A stretch of 62,996 nt of DNA, filler included, from Folioceros fuciformis (taxonomy: Eukaryota): assembly GCA_049999805.1 (NCBI GenBank). It is 16 parts of 16 records of this genome, joined end to end, with 100 filler letters (N's around TTAATTAATTAA, not from the genome) between each part and the next. Parts side by side here need not be neighbours in the genome. Positions count along the whole stretch, not along the records: positions 58,663 to 62,996 come from JBNGIO010004368.1; 15 more parts are not named here. The stretch is one strand, 5' to 3'. Shown here piece after piece: positions 61,696 through 62,996 of this stretch. Numbering within the stretch: position 1 is the first letter of the stretch; every line of letters starts with the position of its first letter. A model generated the notes under the pieces. It worked only from the letters and a program-made list of their open reading frames with translations. It made no database searches and had not been told where the DNA came from. A program made the position numbers and the translations under genes.

Positions 61696-62626
61696 CTCCT
61701 TCCTTGATGAACCTTGAAAAGTACTTACATATAGCTCGTAAGTCTCAAGAGCAAAGGATATTGTGTTCCATAGAAATCATTTATATAATTATGTTTTCCT
61801 CCATTAGTGTTTTGATATTATATATCCTATTGTACATGTGTCTTTTATGGACACATGTCCTACACTTAACTTTTTTTTCTTTGGTTGAATCATTTGGTCC
61901 AACCTGTTTTCTATTTTAAGTGCATACCCTTTTGGGGTTGTGGTGTGGAGGAGCTTGGAATACATCAAGGTGCAAATTGTCAAGGTAGACAATGATGGAA
62001 AAAATATTTATTTTTAAAAAATAGTATAATGTATCATTAATTAATGTATTATTTTACTGAAAGAATTTTATTCAAGTCCACTAAAGATGGACTTTCCATG
62101 GTCAGACTTATAATTTCCAATAGCACTTAATATTTTATAGCTACTCACACCGAAAGAATTGGAAACCCTAAGGTCATAATGGATGGATATTCCCCAAGTA
62201 CAAGATCTTTCACGAACTTGGTACTTGATAGTTACTAGAATTTAGAAGAGCTATTTTTAAGCTCATTACCAACAAATTTTCCAAAAGTACATGTTGTGTT
62301 ATTTTATAATATATTGTATATTCATGCACGATTCATTAGTTAATAACTAATTTCTCATTCAAACTCTAGATAACGTTGTAGACATTTATTATTGCATTCT
62401 AGTTGGAGCCTCGTGATAGTCGAATCATTTACTTTGTTTCTTCACCTCAACAAATCCACTTCATTCACATATCTTAGAGCTATAGCTTAGGCTCTCCAAT
62501 CCACCACAATGTCATACAATCTTACACACACAACTCAACTAGGTTTTTAAGAGACAATAAAAGCTTATAGCCATAGTAGACACCACTTAGCTAGGCTTCT
62601 ATGTTTGCTACTTGGCCTAGTGCTTC

Positions 62627-62738
62627 CAAAAAGACATTACAAACTTATTGTTACCAAAAAGACATTACAAACTTATTGTTACCAAAAAGACATTACAAAC
62701 TTATTGCTACTAAAAAGACATTACAAACTTATTGCTAT
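62627..62738. repeat. 28-bp tandem repeat x4
   Basis: CCAAAAAGACATTACAAACTTATTGTTA. Confidence 0.92.
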
Positions 62739-62996
62739 AGTAGACAATAATGAGCTAAGCTTCTATGATTGTTGCTTAAGGCCTAATGCTTCCTAAGAGA
62801 CAATACAAGCTTAAAATTGCTGATTGTCCAAGGGATAGGCCAGACTAACAACGGGTCAGTGGAAGGAGGAGACCAAGGAAACAACTTAAAATCTAGGAAG
62901 ATTACTTAGTATTCAGAGTAGTTTAATAGTTGGAGGATCCTTGTGGTAGGTCATGTTTTTATAGATCGATAAATTGATTAACAGCGAGCACAAGGC

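Overview
This is a land-plant, repeat-rich draft assembly, not one contiguous locus. Sixteen unrelated scaffolds are joined by an artificial N44-TTAATTAATTAA-N44 spacer, and nine of the small scaffolds are one contig written twice around a 10-N gap. Most of the sequence is degenerate, nested Ty1/copia LTR retrotransposon DNA with tandem repeats and accessory ORFs. Three host genes are recognisable: the 5' exons of SC35, a secreted root-cap/LEA-related protein, and the 3' exons of PEX10. One GC-rich contig looks bacterial or phage-derived. The most unusual locus is scaffold 52646-58562. It carries an intron-containing, now-decayed gene fusing a ParB/Srx-like domain to a beta-class N6-adenine/N4-cytosine DNA methyltransferase, co-oriented about 300 bp upstream of a Mutator-type transposase. 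Its intron holds a foldback array of 28-bp palindromes, and the same palindrome recurs between the two genes and beside a DUF7869-like transposase gene on another scaffold. All family calls come from reading motifs by eye; no database search was run.
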